Part shown: piece by piece, positions 24,361-37,500 of the stretch
Layout of the letters: every line of letters starts with the position of its first letter
How positions within the stretch are numbered: the stretch's first letter is position 1
Assembly (NCBI GenBank): GCA_965112735.1
Contig: OZ218957.1
Span: 3,162,001 to 3,226,000, forward strand
Source of the DNA: Phaeosaccion multiseriatum
Taxonomy: Eukaryota > Protista > Ochrophyta, other classes
Length of the DNA stretch: 64,000 nucleotides
Reading direction: 5' to 3'
The notes under the pieces: generated by a model
Told to the model about the DNA's origin: nothing
Databases searched by the model: none
What the model saw: only the letters and a program-made list of their open reading frames with translations
Position numbers and translations under genes: made by a program

Positions 24361-26829
24361 AAAGCTGAGTGAGCGCGTGAATAAATGGATGAGTGGAATG
24401 TGTCCAAGCAGAGCTACCAGAAAGAGAGGAGAGAACAAGGAAAAGCAGGACATGTCCAGCTACTCATTCACTCACTCCACTCACTCTCTCGAGAGTCCAG
24501 CTACTCATTCACTCACTCCACTCACTCTCTCGAGAGTCCAGCTACTCATTGACTCACTCCACTCACTCTCTCGAGAGTCCAGCTACTCCTTCACTCACTC
24601 CACTCACTCTCTCGAGAGTCCAGCTACTCATTGACTCACTCCACTCACTCTCTCGAGAGTCCAGCTACTCATTGACTCAATCCACTCACTCTCTCTCGAG
24701 TCCAGCTACTCATTCACTCACTCCACTCACTCTCTCGAGAGTCCAGCTACTCATTCACTCACTCCACTCACTCTCTCTCGAGTCTCTCGTGAGTGTTACC
24801 GGACCTTTCCACACGCGTCCCCTCCCAACCCCAGCCCTCTCATTGCTCCCCGCCTTTCCCCCTCCACCCCTCCCCCCCTCTCCCTCCTCCCCTTACCTCA
24901 GTCCGAAGCAGGATGCTCAGAGACTGTACGGCAACGCGCACGGTGGGACTACTTCCCCGTCCGCTGCTGAGCTGTTCGCATATCCTGTAATAGGGAGACG
25001 AGGTCACGTACACCACAGCACATCAAATCACAGCATGTCACATCAGAGCAGAGTAGACCAGTTGGTGATTTAGAGCAGAGCCGAGGACAAGAGTGTGAGG
25101 CCAGGGCAAGAAGAGGCAACCCAGCCACAAAGAGGAGGGTGACGAGGAGAGAGACAAGAGAGACAAGAGAGAGAGCTCTCAGACAATGCATTTGAGGCTG
25201 TGGGACGCAGAGGTTGTGGTTATGAAGGGGAGGTGAATAAGTGAGGCTCACATACGTAGGTAGTTACACACCTCTCAAAAAGTACACTCAACACACTTAC
25301 ACACATACACGCTAACACACATACACACACTGACATACTTGCACACCCTCTTAAAACTTAAAACATACACTTACACACTTACCCACATACACACAGGCAT
25401 ACACACTTACACAGGCATACACACACGCCTAACACTTACCAGAATACGAGAGGCTCAATGTCCGCATCGAGATGGACACAGAGCAGCGCCAGGCTGTGGC
25501 CGCACACCTGCTGCACGCTAGTGTCGCCGCTCTGCAGGGCCCGCATGAAGGGGTTGACGTCAAGGGCGCCAGTGCTCTCGTCGAGAAAGAGCTTGGCGCG
25601 TTTGGGGCTGTCCTCCGATAGGGCGTCCTCCACACGACTCACCGCGAAGTACTGGGGAGGGAGGGAGGGAGGGAGGGAGGGAGGGAAGGAGGGAGGGAGG
25701 GAGGGAGGGAAGGAGGGATTGAGGGAGGGAGGGAGGGAGGGAGGGAGGGAGAGGCGAAGCACACATTGAATCAAGAGATGGCACATGGAGGCAGAGAGAA
25801 CGCAGGTAGTGTGATGGAAGCCGCCATTTGGACCATGGATGGTTCTCCTCCTCCTCTCCCTCCTCCTCCCCCTCCTCCTCCTCTTACCTGAACCATGGTG
25901 TCGCCCGTAACGACTTTGAGAAGCTTGACCAACAGCCCCACGTAGGACTGCCCCTTCCCCCCCGTCTGCATGACGTAGTCCATGGGGTGGTCTTCGCACA
26001 TTTTCAACTCATTCAGATCCTCCTTGCTCAACAGTCCTGTTGTTTGTGTGTTGTTTGGGAGGGCACAGGTGGGGTGGGGCAGGGCGGGTGGGTGGGTGCC
26101 AGTGAAAGCAAAACATGGGGCGTGCGAGAAAGAGACTAGACAAAGAGACGGAAAATGGGCGATAGACGCTGTGCGAGATGCCTGGCAGTAGAAAGAAGGG
26201 TGGGTTTTAGACAGTGAGGCAGTGAGCCCAAGGCCCGGGAGAGGGTTTGTGTGGGGGCTTTCGTTCGGGAGGGGAAAGGAAGGAAGATAAGAGAGGAGAT
26301 TCCGACGCGTCTGCGGCACGGTGACACCCTGCGCTAAGTGCTGTGCCTGGTATTTGTAATTGGGCTTTCCAATGAGAGCTCAAAGGGCATGCTTATCGGT
26401 ATCGAGAAAGGGCGGAGAGGGCCCGTGCTACAGTATTTAGAAAACTCTCTGGGCCGAAGCCGCTTCCACCACCAGCTCCACAACCCAACCCACGCTGGAT
26501 GCAAACCCCCGTGTGCTCGTTAGTGCAGGACGCAAGACAAACAATGCCCTTTGTCCGGAATGGGGAGGATGCCTTCAGTGTATTGAAGGGAGGCATGCAG
26601 CAGAAGCGAATCTTGCTACTCCCCCGGTCAGCAATCTAGCCCTCCCTCTTGCGCACTGCCCCTTACCTCCTCTGACGAGCCTATCCCAGTCTACATCCTC
26701 GAAGCTAACGTGTGTTGGTCCCCCTTCCTGGCCGAACATCCCCCCTAGCACCCCAGAGTACTTCTGTGCTGCGTCCATCTCCGACAGCTGTTGCGCCAGC
26801 TGCGCGACCTGGACGTTCTCCCTCGCCAT
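21879..26829 (-). CDS. ATP6V1H: V-type proton ATPase subunit H (10 exons)
   Basis: Exons 26667-26829, 25888-26036, 25440-25651, 24897-24984, 23999-24164, 23645-23814, 23148-23246, 22704-22814, 22278-22356, 21879-22015. Motifs QLLYELCFCLW, REKIVRV, LSTFEIYSQEVLSGKLKWGVVHTEKFWREH, AVACSDVGEFVRFYPSGK, VRDQALQCVSKIMVNNW. Confidence 0.95.
24454..24783. repeat. 41-bp intronic minisatellite, ~8 copies
   Basis: Unit gtccagctactcattcactcactccactcactctctcgaga. Confidence 0.92.
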
Positions 26830-27129
26830 CCTTGGGCCGCAGCAGCACGCCGAGCAGCAGCGTTTGCTTCAGGGAGGCTTTCTCCTTGGGGGTCGCCCCC
26901 TCTCTCCTATCCTCCTCTCTCCTTGTTCACTTGCTTTCCGCTGATTATGCAGCGGAGAACTAGATGTTGGGATAATCCTCAAAGGTTCACAAGCCTTCAC
27001 AGCGCTCTCTATTCTCTCCCTCCACTTTTCTCTCAAGAAGCTACATAGGAAATGTGCGTCAGCCGCTCCCGTGCGTAAAAATCTCTCTTGTCATGACACA
27101 GCGCCCCAACAAAAACAAGAAAAAAAGAG

Positions 27130-28231
27130 ATGTCTTCTGCGCAGCACCAGCCAGATGGGCCTGAGGCCAAGAGAATCGCGAGTGTTATCCCCTACTCCCC
27201 CTTCAAAGGCATCGATAGGTGAGGAGGGTTGCTATGTGGGGTGAAGCAGCCATCCCCTTGATGATGATTGATGCTATTCCTGCTGCTGCTGCTGCTGCTG
27301 TTCTCCTGTTTCGCTGACTGATACACGTACGATGATGCACGAGAGAAGGTTCTATGACATCGGGGGCATGTGCGCGGATCCCGAGGCCTTTGCGCTGGCG
27401 GTGAGCATCTTTGTGGCGAGGTACAAGGACATGGGCATCACCAAGATCGGGTAAGTAAGGGAATAAAGGGGGGCGATAGATCAGCACAAGTGTCATTGTG
27501 TTGTTGGAGAGACAAGTGTGATCGCATAACGTGCTCCCCAAGGCTGTGTTATTGGAGGACTAACAAATCCGTGGATATTCCTCTCGTCCTCCCTCTCTTT
27601 TGTATCCATTTCCGACGCTACAACACACACGAATACAGTGGCTTCGACGCTCGAGGCTTCATCCTGGGCCCTCCGGTGGCCCTGGCCCTTAAGGTCCCCT
27701 TCTTCATGCTGCGTAAGGAGGGCAAGATGCCCAACGCCGTGACAGGAGAGAGCTACTCCAAGGAGTACAAGGGAGACGACGCCGCCACCGGACAGGACAG
27801 GCTGGGCATCCCCAGGGCGGCCGTGCAGGCGGGGGATAGAGTACTGCTCATAGACGACTTGATCGCTACAGGAGGTGCGTGTGTGTATGTGTGTGTAGGT
27901 GTGCGCGTGTTGCTGAAGACGACGCTTCTAGTATGGTCCATTGCTGTCCCCTTGTCTCAGTGGCCCTTATCCGCGCGTCTTTTGCCCCTCCCTGAATATA
28001 TGAACCCCCCCCCTCCCCCTTCCTCTTTCCCTCCTTCCCCCTACCTCCCTGACAGGCACCCTCTTGGCCGGGCTGAACCTCGTCAAGGGGCAGGGAGCAG
28101 AGGTGGTGGAGAGCGCATGCATGATCGAACTCAAGGTGTTGAAGGGCGTGGACATGGTCCGCAAAACCCATCCCGATGCCAAGGTTTGGTCTCTCATCAG
28201 CGAGGACATCCTTACCCTCGAGGCCAGCTGA
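27130..28231 (+). CDS. APT: Adenine phosphoribosyltransferase (4 exons)
   Basis: IPYSPFKGIDR|FYDIGG..., GFDARGFILGPPVALAL.VPF.MLRKEGKMP, PRPP-binding motif RVLLIDDLIATGGT, then ESACMIEL; stop TGA at 28229-28231. Confidence 0.95.
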
Positions 28232-29538
28232 GCAGCCATCCTCCTCAGTTTCAGTTTCAGTTTCAGTTTGGCTGTACGGGACCTCTGTTCCTCTTCACAG
28301 CCCGCCCTCATCAGCGAGTCGCATGGCGTCCCCGGGGAGCGAGGGGCGAGTGGCGAGCAGTGGGTACCTAGCAGGGGCACTGGCAGCGGACTCCTGCGAG
28401 GGATGGTGCTGTGCTGCGCCCATCGACTGGAGACGACCGAAGAGGCATGGGCTGACAACAACCAGGAAGCTTGGGGTGGTCTCACCAACCGCTGGTATCG
28501 AGCTTCAGCAGCAGCGGCGGTGGCGGCGGTGGCGGCGGCGGCGGCGGCGACGGGGCGCAGCCTAGGGCGCGGAGGCTGGTGGAGACGAGCGGCCGAGACT
28601 CCAGCAGCAGCAGCAGCAGCAGCAGGAGGCGAGGTGGAGGGAGAGAGGAGCAAGGCGAGGATGAGAGGAGGAGAGCAGCGACGCATATACCTTGGAGAGG
28701 ATGCTGCATCTGAGCTGTTGTTGCTCATGAAAAAATGTTGATGAGACTTGAGTTCGAGCGGAGCACAAGGGCCGAATATGGTCCGCTCGGGTCGTCGGGG
28801 AGATAGCGCGATTTGGCAAATTCGCATGATGCTGCTGGAGGTGCTTGAGCCGGCGCCTCTGCTTCTGTGAAGTCGAAGGGCTGGCCTTTGTGCGGGCTCT
28901 TTCCCCGTTGCTCGCATCGCTGAAACCCGATCGGTCCCAAGTACCATCGTGTTCGGGTGGGTCAAAGGGTCCTTCTCTGTAGCGAGTGGGCAGAGTCAAG
29001 AGGGCTGGTCGGCAACCGATGCTATCAATCATAAATCGTCCCTCTATCTTCTCTATACAACTCCTCGTAACAGCGCAATCACATCGTGCACGAGTTAGTG
29101 TGGGAGAGTTCCTCCAGAATAAAAGTAAATCTCCAGGGGGGGGTCCGGGTCCTGAGCCAAATGGGCAGAAGTAGAGGGGTTCAGTAACCCCATCTTGCCG
29201 CAGTAGTGGAGTAGGGGGGTGAAGGGGGTTAAGGACAGGACTGCCTAGGCGCTGAATCGCTCATAAGCCCTCGTAAGATTGAGATTTAGGTCCCATTCTC
29301 TCGAAAACCACCCGTGAGTAGTAACTACGCAGAGGCGCTTTCCCTCCCACTCTCTGCCTCTCCTCTCTCGCTCCCGCCCCCCCCCTCTCTCTCTGCTGCG
29401 GGTGTCTGAGGTGGAGGTCTTCTCTGGACTGCTATCATCGGAGATGGACTGAGGGGCTTCGGGCGTCGAGGCATCCACAGCTGAACCGAACAGGAACGAA
29501 GTTGGTTGGGCCCCGAGACAGGGAGGGGGAATATAGTG

Positions 29539-32500
29539 ATGATACGGAGAGGACTGCCTCGTGTGGTGGGCATGACGAGGATAATGGTGACGATAGCGAT
29601 GGCCGCTTTGCTTGTGGCGGCCGAGGAGGGCGGTAGATTAGCGGGGCTGGGGCTTCCAACAGAAGAGGGGGGGGGGAAGGGCCAAATACGAGAATCAGCA
29701 GGGTCAGTTGGCGAGAAGGAACTTCAGCAGGAGCAGCCGCAGCCGCAGCAGCCGCAACGGCAAAGCGTGCACTCGCTGGGCGGTGTCCACAGTGTGCTCA
29801 CCTCCTCTCTCCACGGAGAGTTCGACGGGGACGAAGACACCTTTTCGAGGGCCTTGGAGTGGGAGTGGAGCGCTTTTGACCGCCTCAGCGCCGGCAACCC
29901 GGGCCACCGCACTCCGTTCCTAGTGTACAGCGTCGGGGGTCGAGCAGCGGCGAGGCGGCTGCGTGAGATTGCCGGAGGGCTACACAACGTGCGCTCTCTC
30001 CATCATGACCACGAAGCGGGCAGGTTGTGCAGCGTAGCGAGTTTGGATGCAGCGGCCGTGTCGACACTATTGGAGGAGGGGGACGATCAGGGGCTGGACT
30101 TTTCTCTGCATCCTCTGCCTCAGCTGGCAAAGCTATCACCTCAGCTGCAGATGGTGGTGGAGGAAGGCTCGTCGATTGGAGGTGGTTCGGAAGGAGGAGA
30201 GGGCCTTCCCGTCTTGGCGGACTGGAACAAGACCCACGCTTTGGAGGTGATTCTCACCCCGGGGGAGTGGGCAAAGGGGGCAGTGGCCAGTGTCGTCGAC
30301 TCGTGGATGAAGCAATTGATGGGACAGCGAGGAGGAGCAACAGGCGGGGCGGTAAAGCAGCTGCAGGAGTCCTTCTTTTGGCTCGGTGCGCCTGCCGGGG
30401 ACGAGGGTGGAGTCGGGGCCGGAGCCACAGGGGAGAGCGATCACGTGGTGCGCAAGAGAGGGGCGTGGGCAGGGCTGCTGGAGCACCACCGCCAGGGGGG
30501 AGGGGAAGAAGAAGAAGAAGAGGGAGCAGAAGGGGAAGAGTCCCCGCTTTGCGGGTTCAGCACCCCGGGGGGAGTGGCCGTTTCCCTCCCCTCCAGCGCA
30601 GTACATTTGGGCGAGGCCAAGGTGGTGCTCACCCTGCGCGCAGAGGAGAGCCTTCCCTGCATGTCGCTCCTGCTCGGGCTGTTGAGTGTGCAGCCCGACG
30701 TCAGGCGCATCGGCATTCACGCCAGAGATGCGAGGGTGCAAAACGTGGACGCTGCCTGGGTGGCCCAGTCCAACTTGGAGGACTACTACCCGCTGTGGGA
30801 AGCTGATCTCAAGGGAGAGGGGGAGGTGATTGGTGTAGCAGATACGGGGGTGGATCGGCAGCACTGCCACTTTAGAGAGTCAACGGGCGAGGCGGTGGAG
30901 GGGAGTGGGGTAGACAACCCCATCACGGATCTGACGAGGCGCAAGGTGGTGCAGTACATTGCCTACGTGGATGATGTCGACACCGACAATGGACACGGTA
31001 CACACGTGGCGGGCACCCTGGCAGGGAGCGTTGCCGGCCAAGTGGCCGGGGAAGGGTCGGCGGACGGGCAGGCCTATGATGCCAAGATTGCCGTGTTCGA
31101 CTTTGGTGACTCGGAAACCGATCTGCGGGTGCCCCCCAACCTCGCCAATGACATGTTCGCAGCGGCCTACGACGGCGCGGGCGCGCGCGTGCACAGCAAC
31201 TCCTGGGCCATTATGGAGACTGACTATCAGACCGCAGACGTGGAGATTGACACCTATGTCAACGAAAACCCACAATTCCTGGTGGTCGTGGCGGCGGGTA
31301 ACTGCGGTTTCATCGACGAGAACGACCGCTCCTCCACCTGCAGCGACATTGGCCCCACTCGCTCGGTGCTCTCCCCCGCGCTGGGCAAGAACGTGTTGGC
31401 CGTGGGGGCGACCAAGGCCGGCAACGCCCGACAGACCGTGGCCTTTTTCTCCTCGCAGGGGCCCACCGCGGACAACCGCATCAAGCCTGACGTGCTCACT
31501 GTGGGCAGCCCTCTCCTCTCGGCCTCTGCCGATCCGACTGTGGCCTCTTGCTCCTTCACAGAGCGAGACGGAACCAGCATGGCATGCCCAGTGGTGGCGG
31601 GGTACGCAGCCATCACCAGGCAGTACTATCGAGAAGGATGGTATGCAGCAGGACAGCAGGACCTGGCTTTCGGCTTCAACCCCAGCGCCGCTTTGCTCAA
31701 GGCCACCATCGTCAACTCGGCAAGCAGCGTGGGCACGGCGGAGTGCTACCCCCTGGACGAGACGTGCTCGGATGTGACGTTGGGCAACGCCCCGGATATG
31801 TATCAAGGGTTTGGAACCATGACCATGTCGGAGGCCCTCAACTTTGATCAGAACATGGGCATCTTCATCAAGGACTGGGAGTTCATCACAGACGGTACGG
31901 GAGGGAGGGAGAGGAGGAGGAGAGGAAGGGGGGGGGGGTGCAGGGAGGAGGGCACGAGGGCAGGAGGAGAAGGAGGGGGAGTGTCTTTTTTCCTTGCAGT
32001 AGTTACAGCCTGCCTAGTGTACCCATTCATGTTTGGTCTCGATTTAATCGCTCTCTCATCTCTTCTCTTCTGCCCTCTTGTCTCCTTCCTCTCCCTCGCG
32101 CCTTCTTTCTGCCGCTCGCGCTCTCCTTCTCCCCCTCTCCTTTCTCCCCCTCTCTCTCTCTCCCTTTCCCCCTCTCCCATTCGGTTTCATTCCGTTACAG
32201 GTGCACAGAGCGAATGGAACGTCACGCTTACCAACAGCACCATAGGCAACAACCTCCGCGTCACCCTGGCGTGGACAGACCCCCCGGGGGCCGTGGGCCA
32301 AACCCGAGCGGTGCTGCACAACATTGACCTCCAAGTCGTGGACTCGGAAACCGGCGAGGTGTTTTACCCCAACGGTGGCGTTTCATTGGACCTCAACAAC
32401 AACGTGGAGAAGGTGGTGGTGGACAATCCGGTGGCGGGCAGGACTTACCTCATTCGGGTCCTTTGCCTCCCCAACAACTTGGTCGAGTCGGATACGCAGA

Positions 32501-33795
32501 CCTTCGCAGTCGTCGCCAATGGAGAGTTCTTTGTCATCAATCAGCGGCCTGCAGAGCCGCGGAAAGACAATCTCGACAAGGTGAGGAGAGAAGATGACAC
32601 ACTTTTGTTTGTTTGGTTCGGGAGGGAGGTGGTGGGGTGGGGGGTTGGGGAGGAGAGCAGTGCTGCTTGGGTTGGGAGGGGGGACGTGCAGAGGAAAACA
32701 AACACGTTCGGTCGGTTGGTTCGGGTGGGAGGCCGGGGTTGGCGGGCGGGCGGCGGTGAGGAGGAGTGAGGTGTGTATGTGGGGGTGGGGGGGTGCACTC
32801 ACGGTCCCTCGACTGGCACTGACTGTGCGCTGTGCCTCTCTCCTAAGAGGCCTTTGATGGGGCCGTCCGTCTAAACCCCGACTATGTACACGCACTAAGT
32901 CTTCCCTCCCCGCCCCACCCACTCTACCCAATCTCCTGCTCCCTCCCTCCCTCCCTCCCTCCCTTCCTTCCTCCCTCAGGTGAGCGAGTTGTTAACGACG
33001 CAGCAATGGATCTACGTGGGCGTGGGCGCGGCGGTGGTGCTCATCCTCGGCTGCCTCTCCTGCGCCCGGTCGCAGAGCAAGAGGAGGAACAGGGCCTCTT
33101 CCAACGCCCACGGCCGCTACGCCATTCGCCTGCCCGGAGCATCGGGCCGCAGCACAATGACGCGAACGTTCCAACCACAAGACACTTGCCCTCATTGCCG
33201 TAGGTGCTTCCCTAGCGCCGCTGCTCTAGTGCAGCACGTGACCACACATCACCCCGAAGCGGTGGCCTCTCGCTCTGTGTCCCCGGGAGGGACGAGGGGC
33301 GGGTCCCGGCCGGGAGGCGAGGTGTGCCCACACTGCCGGGCAAGGTTCTCGGATGTGACGCAGCTTGTAGCGCACGTGCAGCAGGCTCACCAGCACCTGG
33401 CGCAAGACAGAATGGCCAGCAATCGGGGAGGGGTCAGTGATGACGAGATGATGAAGCTGGCCTTCGCCATCTCCATTGAGGATTCAGGCGGTGGCAACCG
33501 TGCAAGCGCGTCTCGCAGCAACAGCCCGCCGCGCATCATGCCCGACAAGAGTGGAAACAGGCAGCAGCAGCAGCAGCAGGCCAAGCCTATGTCGGACTCG
33601 GACACGGAGTACACCCGCTCTCCCCCCGTCTATGAGTCTTCTCCCCCAGCGCCCACCCGCGGCAGAAAAGGCGCCCCCACACCTGTTATTACTACGGTGA
33701 GGCCTCCGGGTCGCGGCCATCCGTCTGCGATGGATTTGCCTCGCTCTGCTGGTCACAGCAACTCCCCGTCCGCGGTTACGGGGACGCGGCGCTGA
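29539..33795 (+). CDS. Subtilisin-like serine protease (S8, KP-43/TagC-like) with C-terminal TM helix, two C2H2 zinc fingers and a UIM-like helix; exons 29539-31894, 32201-32580, 32980-33795
   Basis: Catalytic motifs VIGVADTGVD, NGHGTHVAGT, AAGN and GTSMACPVVAG; PSAALLKATIVN; C-terminal beta domain LRVTLAWTDPPG...NNNVEKV; TM WIYVGVGAAVVLILGCLSC. Splice phases are consistent. Confidence 0.9.
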
Positions 33796-34594
33796 GCAAG
33801 GAGGAGAAATAGTGATAGGAAATAGGAAGGGAAGGTATCTATCTTACTTTTGCTTTCTAGGAAGCACAAAAGTAGGTGTATCTACTTCACGGCGGCAACG
33901 TCAGTGGCAGTCAGTTATTAGTGGCCAGCAGCAGCAGTTGGTGATACAGCAGCAGCAGCAGCAGCAGAAGAAGGCGGAGCACACGCGGAGGGAGGTGGCG
34001 ATTTGTGCTTCCTCTACAGCAAGCGCCTCCCTCCCAACCAGCAGAGGAGCTGAAGGACTTACGACGGAGCAGCAGCCCGTTGAAGGTCATATATGTGTGT
34101 GTGCGTGCGTGTGTGTGTGTGTGTGTGTGAGTGTGTTGTGTGTGTGTGCGCGTACACACAAAGTGGATAAAAAAAAAAGACTATATAACCTTAGAGAGAG
34201 GAGTCGTTATTTTAAAGTAAAAAATGTATTCCAATGCAAGTGATGTGAATGACGGCGTGTTGGTGTGTCTGAGCCAAGGGGGGACGTCCCTCCCTACTCC
34301 TCATGGTGGCACTGTCGAAATACATTGATGTTTACTGTGGTGGATAAACGACACGTTCTCTGTAATTAATCTTTAAACAAGTACCCGCCCACGACAAAGC
34401 TCCGACGGGCGGGGCTGACTTGTGTCAAGGGACAGAGCCTCTACATTCTATGCTACTTTTAGGATCTTAAGCCGTGTCTGTGTATATCTAAATGCCTCCG
34501 TTCTGAATGAACAAAGCCAGCACCTCCATTCTCTCTACACTCAACCCGATATCCTCATTAATCACTAGTCTAAAACAATCATCCCGCTAAGCAT

Positions 34595-37500
34595 TTAACA
34601 ATCCGAGGCGTAATCCGAAAGCCCAGACAAGGGGCAGAAGACAATGTTCTCGGGGTTGAACTCGGGGTAGGTCACCATGCCTGCTGCAGCGCCCTCACAC
34701 GTCAACCAGCAGCCACGGCACTCCTGTCCAAGGCCCATATAGTTGCACAGGAGGCCAGGGGCATCACCCAGGCAGGAGGGGTCGGCGAAGATGCTCTTGT
34801 CGAATCCTTGAAGAAGCATGGCGCTCATCTCGGCGGAAGGGTTGCAAGCAGGGGAGTCGTCCGTGGGCGCGTCTCCGCCATCGGTGGGGATGATGCTGTC
34901 GCACGGCATCCATTCGCCCTTGCCGCAGAAGCGGCAGTCCTGGCCGGCGCCGTGGGCGTTGCAGCCGAGGCCTCCGTCGGTGGAACACATAGGGTCGTTG
35001 TAGCAAGGAGCCGCCTCCGAGCATTGGTCCTGAGAAGGAGAAAAAAAAAAACCAGTCAGGCGGTCGGTCAGTCAGCCAGTCAGTCATTGCTTTGTTTGTC
35101 ACGTAAAGGGAAGACGGAAGCAGGACACCATTCTCAGTGAATGCAAGACTCAAGGACTCACCGAGCAGAACATGCCTCCTCCTTCGACAGGGGCGGGTTC
35201 AGTGGGCGCAGAGGTATCAGCGGGTGGCTCCGTGCCGAGGGTGGGGGGGGGCATCAATACGGAGTCGATGACGTGCGCCACTCCATTACAGGCGTACAAG
35301 TCCGTGGCAACGATGTTAGCGGTGTTGCCAGTGCCGTCGGTGATGACCGCGTCAGCGCTCACGTCGAAGGTGTCTCCGTTCAGCGCGGTGACCGTGGAGT
35401 TCAGGACCTCGGCCGCAGGCACAGTGCCAGCAGTGACGTGGTAGGTCAGGATGTTCGCGAGGGTTGGCTCGTCCACAGTGGTCACGTCAAGGCAGTCCTC
35501 GGTGGCCTCGGCGGCGGCGCAGAGCCCGGCTGCAGCGAAGGCGGCGTCGGTGGGTGCGAACACAGTCAGCTCATCGGCGGTGGAGATGGTCTCGGCGAGG
35601 CCGTCCACGGAGGTGATGGCGTCGATGAGGCAGTCAAAGTCTCCGCCGTCGTTGGCTCCAACCACCAGAGACACGAGGTCCACGCAGTCCTCAGAGTCCT
35701 CCTCGCCGTCTTCTTCCGCTCCGTTATCCTCCATAGACTCATCCTCGCTCTCCATCTCTCCATCAGTCATCTCCACAGACTCATCCTCGCTCTCCATCTC
35801 TCCGTCAGTCATCTCCATAGACTCATCCTCGCTCTCCATCTCTCCGTCAGTCATCTCCTCCTCCTCCTCCTCCTCCTCCTCCTCAGTGTCAGTACCGCGG
35901 GGTGCGTCCGTCCCTCCCGCAGGGGGGGTGAGCACACCGTCGATGACGTGCGCGACGCCGTTACAGGCGTACAAGTCCGTGGTGACGATGTTGATGGTGG
36001 CGCCAGTGGAGTCGGTGATGATGGCGTCCTCGCTCACCTCGAAGGTGCCTCCGTTGAGGGTGGTGACGGTGGTGCCGAGGACTTCAGCCGCGGGCACAGT
36101 ACCTGCCGCGACGTGGTAGGTCAGGATGGGCATGAGGGTCTCCACGTCCACAGTGGTCACGTCAATGCAGTCCTCGGTGGCCTCGGCAGCGGCACAGAAC
36201 CCGGCAGCAGCGAAGGCGGCGTCGGTGGGTGCGAACACAGTCAGCTCATCGGCGGTGGCGAGGGTCTCGACGAGGCCCGCCGTGGTGACGGCGTCGATGA
36301 GACAGTCAAAGTCTCCGCCTTCGTTGGCTCCAACAACCAGAGACACGAGGTCCACGCACGCCTCCGTAGGGGCCTCGGTCCCGTCGTCTTCCGCTCCGTT
36401 ATCCTCCATAGACTCATCCTCGCTCTCCATATCTCCATCAGTCATCTCCTCACTCTCGCTCTCCATCTCTCCGTCAGTCATCTCCTCCTCCTCCGTAGGG
36501 GCCTCGGTCTCCTCCATGGACGCCTCGGTGTCCTCCATGGGCGCCTCGGTCCCCTCCATGGGCGCCTCCGTCTCCTCCATGGGTGCCTCTGTCTCCTCCT
36601 CGGTCACACGAGGAGGCATGAGGACACCGTCGATGACGTGCGCCACGCCGTTACAGGCGTACAAGTCCGTGGTGACGATGTTGATGGTGGCGCCAGTGGA
36701 GTCGGTGATGATGGCGTCCTCGCTCACCTCGAAGGTGCCTCCGTTGAGGGTGGTGACGGTGGTGCCGAGGACTTCAGCCGCGGGCACAGTACCTGCCGCG
36801 ACGTGGTAGGTCAGGATGGGCATGAGGGTCTCCACGTCCACAGTGGTCACGTCAATGCAGTCCTCGGTGGCCTCGGCAGCGGCACAGAACCCGGCAGCAG
36901 CGAAGGCGGCGTCGGTGGGTGCGAACACAGTCAGCTCATCGGCGGTGGCGAGGGTCTCGACGAGGCCCGCCGTGGTGACGGCGTCGATGAGACAGTCAAA
37001 GTCTCCGCCTTCGTTGGCTCCAACCACCAGAGACACGAGGTCCACGCACGCCTCTGTAGGGGCCTCAGTCTCCTCTATGGGCGCCTCAGTCTCATCCATG
37101 GGAGCCTCGGTCTGCTCCGTGGGAGCCTCGGTCTGAGGCGGGGTGGCGAGCACCGAGTCAATGATATGCACGTATCCGTTACAGGTGTCAATGTCAGTGT
37201 CCACGATGGTGGCCGTCTCTCCCACGGCATCCGTGATGACGCCATCCTCGCTCACGTCGAAGGTCCTGCCCTCCAACAATGTCTGCACGGTGGAGCCCAC
37301 AACCTCCTCGGCCTTGAGCGAATCGGCGGAGGCATGGTAGAGCAGGACGTTGGTGAGGACAGCGGAGTCCAGGGCCGAGATGTCGTCGCACCCTTCCGTC
37401 ACTTCCGCCGGAGCGCAGAGGCCCGCGGCGGCGAAGGCATCATCGGTGGGAAGGAATAGAGTCAACTGCAAACGGCGGGGGGGGCGGGGGGGCGGGGGGG

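Noticed and set aside
24454-24783. Regularly spaced repeats resembling a CRISPR array (also 42590-43572 and 53323-53495)
   Set aside because: Head-to-tail units without unique spacers, no cas genes, eukaryotic context.
28268-29032. ORFs downstream of APRT
   Set aside because: Low complexity, no domain and no splice support; probably UTR or intergenic.
35141-37459. 772-aa plus-strand ORF
   Set aside because: Antisense shadow of the GC3-rich FAS1 exon.
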